Of a stretch of DNA of 44,906 bases, positions 42,369-44,906 are shown piece by piece. The stretch is taken from IMG/VR virus record IMGVR_UViG_3300035676_000016, positions 1-44,906 of that record; one strand, 5' to 3'. The number at the start of each line of letters is the position of its first letter. The first letter of the stretch is position 1. Source of the DNA: a virus. Its lineage: Duplodnaviria > Caudoviricetes. The notes beneath the pieces are model-generated. The model did no database searches, had not been told where the DNA came from, and saw only the letters and a program-made list of their open reading frames with translations. The position numbers were made by a program, and so were the translations under genes.

Positions 42369-43167
42369 GATTCACTAGTTTGTCAAAGTAGAGTTTAACT
42401 CTATCCATGTATGCGACTTCGGCGTTTCTGAGGTCGTCAGCGTCTAGTGAATGGGTTTGGGGGGCACCACAACGGCGTGCCAGCACAATTAGTGCTCCAG
42501 AAGGGCGGAGTCCGGTTAAATGTTGTAAACCTAGGGAATATGCACCGCATTGGTGTACGTATGAATGCGATGAATCGAGATTTTTGCGGTTTACTGAGGT
42601 TTTCCAGTCGGCAACAATAATTCCAGGCTGGCCTTTTACGCCAATCAAGGCGTCAGCTGTTCCAGCAAATCCTGCAGGATGGTGAATAGAAAATTCGGAG
42701 GCGAAGATCTCGGTAACGTTTTCAGCAATCCAGCCAGAAAGACCTCGCGCAAATCCTGAGGCGCTCCAGCCAACCTTAGGGATATTCGGAAGGACTTTGT
42801 TCAAAGCCCATTGCGTAATCGGTGCGGGGATTCGTGCCAGGCCGTTATCGTCCCAGCGCAGACAGTTCCGCTTGTTAGCTGTTGAACGTGCCAGCCTCTG
42901 AGCACACTTGAGGAGATACTCGGCTTGGTTGTGGGCCATGTTGCCCCGGTTGGCAGCCACATTGCGTTGTTGGGTGGCTTCGACCTCTCCCAGGCGGGCG
43001 ACCCAGCGCTCCAGCCCGGTAGTGTCGCTGGTCTCCTTTAGGATGTGTGTAACACTATGGTATATAGTGCCTGTTGAGTCCCGGTAGACCCGGAAGGGGC
43101 CTGAATTGTCTTGTACCAGCCTCCTTTTCCTTAGTGCTGCCAAGGTGTCTTGTGTGTTGGAGGTCAC
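42355..43167 (-). CDS. PD-(D/E)XK exonuclease
   Basis: YHSVTHIL, RGNMAH, E..I.H..GFAGTADAL..ADWKTS, Q..AY; GTG start with TATATT -10 upstream. Confidence 0.88.
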   Translation of the reverse strand: MTSNTQDTLAALRKRRLVQDNSGPFRVYRDSTGTIYHSVTHILKETSDTTGLERWVARLGEVEATQQRNVAANRGNMAHNQAEYLLKCAQRLARSTANKRNCLRWDDNGLARIPAPITQWALNKVLPNIPKVGWSASGFARGLSGWIAENVTEIFASEFSIHHPAGFAGTADALIGVKGQPGIIVADWKTSVNRKNLDSSHSYVHQCGAYSLGLQHLTGLRPSGALIVLARRCGAPQTHSLDADDLRNAEVAYMDRVKLYFDKLVNPIHD

Positions 43168-43199
43168 GTTGGTACTTTTTCCCACTCTCAATATAGAGG

Positions 43200-43694
43200 T
43201 CAAGGCCGGATCTGACAAGCAAATTCCCCAAACAAAAGACGTTTAGCGGTTATGTAGGCGGTGTAAGCCTCCAAGGGAGTTAAAAAATCTCCTAAAGCTA
43301 TGCGTTGACCTTTAAATTTGATGGTCGCTGCGTATTTACCGCCAGAAGTTTGAGTCCAACCTTTATGTGGAACGTTCGCCATGTTTTGGCTTTGCGTACA
43401 AAGACGAAGATTCCAGGGCTGGTTATTACTGGGGTTTCTGTCCCAGTGATCTACACCGGCCTGTATATCGGAATCACCGTCTACCCAAGCGCGTATCAGC
43501 CGATGGACACCATACAAAACACCGTCTACACGTAAAACCTTGTACCCATTGCGGGTAACGCAGCCGGCAGGACTGTCCAGACGACATCGGGCAGACACAC
43601 GGACGCGCCAGAAAAGCTCGCCGGTTAACGGATTCAAGTCAAAAAGTTCCCAAAGGCGTTCAGCAGAAGGGAGCGGACGATATTCTTTGGCCAT
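43200..43694 (-). mobile_element. Free-standing HNH-AP2 homing endonuclease gene
   Basis: TGELFW..AG...GY...Y.VHRLI...VDHWDRNPSNNQPWNLRLCTQSQN plus AP2-like C-terminus; inserted between SSB and exonuclease. Confidence 0.87.
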
Positions 43695-43754
43695 CAGCCG
43701 GTTGTGCGGTTGGTCGGGGGCAGGAAGTTAGCGCTTCGCTGCCCCACAACTTTA
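43695..43754 (-). promoter_or_regulatory. -10 element plus two-hairpin leader of HNH gene
   Basis: TAAAGT, then GGGGCAG-C-GAAG-loop6-CTTC-CTGCCCC; same geometry as 13533-13595. Confidence 0.7.
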
Positions 43755-43756
43755 AC

Positions 43757-44338
43757 TCACGCGGCGCTGAAAGGGTTACCGCCAGTCAGCAGGCGTTCCA
43801 GGTCGAAGCCGGCAGACTTGGCCTCAATCCAGGCAGCGTCGATATGCTCTTGGGCGCCTTTCTTGCGGGGGACGGGACGCAGGGTGTACTCAGTCAAGAG
43901 GCCGGAGCCTTTTTTGCTGAGGCTGAAATCCCAGGCAAGCAGATCCTCATAGTCCTCCATTTGGCTGATTGAATCCAGCTCTTTGAGGATGGATTTCTGG
44001 GTCAGGGAGAGGATCTGTACGCGTCCGCTATCAAATGTGTAAACCGGGACGGCGATGGCGAATTTCACGTCGGCGGTACCAGGGCCGCCGCGGCCTTCGC
44101 GGGGCTCGAAGTCGCCCATCTCCACTTTGAGGTCGCCTTCGGTGGGCTCGTGGTCAAAACGGAAGGGCTTGGTGGCGCCGTCGCAGGTGCCCCAGCACTC
44201 ATAGAACTCGAGCGGGGTGTCGGACAGCAGGGCGAAACGGACGCTGCCGCCGTCGGGGAGTTTGGAGACTTGCAGATAGCCGCCGCCGCTGCCAGAGCTG
44301 GAGACGTTGGCTGATGCTTGTTTGGAAAGGAAACCCAT
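43757..44338 (-). CDS. Single-stranded DNA-binding protein (gp32-like OB fold, putative)
   Basis: GGYL..SKL.DG.SVRF...TQKSI...WDF.LSK.G.GL.TEY.L.P; next to exonuclease and primase; TGCTACTGT -10 at 44384-44392. Confidence 0.7.
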   Translation of the reverse strand: MGFLSKQASANVSSSGSGGGYLQVSKLPDGGSVRFALLSDTPLEFYECWGTCDGATKPFRFDHEPTEGDLKVEMGDFEPREGRGGPGTADVKFAIAVPVYTFDSGRVQILSLTQKSILKELDSISQMEDYEDLLAWDFSLSKKGSGLLTEYTLRPVPRKKGAQEHIDAAWIEAKSAGFDLERLLTGGNPFSAA

Positions 44339-44418
44339 TGCGGTTACTGGTGTTTGATGGTCGCCTGAGTGGCAACGTCTACTACAGTAGCACGGGTTGA
44401 CGCAGGGGGCTACCCTAC

Positions 44419-44451
44419 AAAAACGCCCCACTGCCAGAAGGCGGTGGGGCG
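44419..44451 (-). terminator. Strong hairpin with U-tract on the - strand, in the primase leader
   Basis: CGCCCCACTGCC-AGAA-GGCGGTGGGGCG preceded by AAAAA on +. Confidence 0.5.
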
Positions 44452-44483
44452 GAGTGAACATTCTCGTGTAGGAGTCTACCACT

Positions 44484-44906
44484 GTGTCCAGTGAGACGCA
44501 ACAGCTGTTGAATTTTGTGCGTCAGTTGCCCGTGGGCATGGCGTATGCACCGATTTACAGGGCTGGCAGCAAGCTCCAGTCCGGTAAGGAAAGTAAGGGC
44601 AAGGCGCCGTTGGAGCGGAGTCACCATCAGGTGATGGGGCCGGCGGACGTGGTGCTCCAGATCGAGCGGAAGCCGGATGTGTTTCGGGCGGTGGGTGTGT
44701 TTACCGGGCCTCGCAGCGCGGGACTCGTGATTCTCGATGTGGATCGGAATCTCAGCCGTCTCAAGAAAAAGTGGGGGGAAACGCTGGAAGGTGCTCCAGT
44801 CGTTACGTCCACCAAGGCAAATGCGGCTAAGTACCTGTTCCGGGTGCCTGAGGCGCTGTGGCCGGAGGTGCAGGGTTTTGGACTGTCGGATACCGGGGCT
44901 GGGTAT
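44484..44906 (+). CDS. DNA primase-helicase, N-terminal Prim-Pol domain (continues at 9-2027)
   Basis: AGGAG RBS, GTG start; GKAP...AVGVFTGP..GLVILDVD...KYLFRVP; no stop before the window end. Confidence 0.88.
   Translation, partial: MSSETQQLLNFVRQLPVGMAYAPIYRAGSKLQSGKESKGKAPLERSHHQVMGPADVVLQIERKPDVFRAVGVFTGPRSAGLVILDVDRNLSRLKKKWGETLEGAPVVTSTKANAAKYLFRVPEALWPEVQGFGLSDTGAGY

Noticed and set aside
1-44906. Lysogeny module or alternative genetic code
   Set aside because: No integrase, repressor or ParA seen; core genes are full length in the standard code and use all three stop codons

Overview
This window is an essentially complete, circularly permuted genome of a tailed dsDNA siphophage of about 44.9 kb. 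The first and last 8 nt (CTGGGTAT) are identical, and joining them restores one in-frame primase-helicase gene. Gene content and promoter motifs suggest a picocyanobacterial (Synechococcus/Cyanobium-type) host and an S-CBS4-like organisation; this is inferred, not searched. The + strand (44484-44906/9-11544) carries replication and accessory genes: Prim-Pol/PriCT-2/AAA helicase, an ATGA-coupled array of small modular genes, dCTP deaminase, Zn-ribbon proteins and a family A DNA polymerase. The - strand (11541-41235) carries lysis, tail fibres, tail tip, tape measure, a frameshifted tail chaperone, tail tube, head-tail connectors, capsid, scaffold, portal, terminase and putative early genes, followed by an exonuclease and SSB (42355-44338). 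I saw no integrase, repressor, tRNA, CRISPR array or photosynthesis gene. The most notable unexplained structures are: (1) an identical two-hairpin leader, with compensatory base changes, in front of two unrelated free-standing HNH homing endonucleases; (2) a symmetric, 10-bp-phased GGACA iteron array inside the primase-helicase gene; (3) a duplicated 63-bp promoter with an RpaB/HLR1-like repeat at an activator position; (4) an orphan Fur-box-like site next to short repeats; (5) a candidate pseudoknotted ncRNA behind a hydrophobic micropeptide; (6) three tail-tube paralogues; and (7) a shuffled gene array built from shared DNA blocks and in-frame hairpins.
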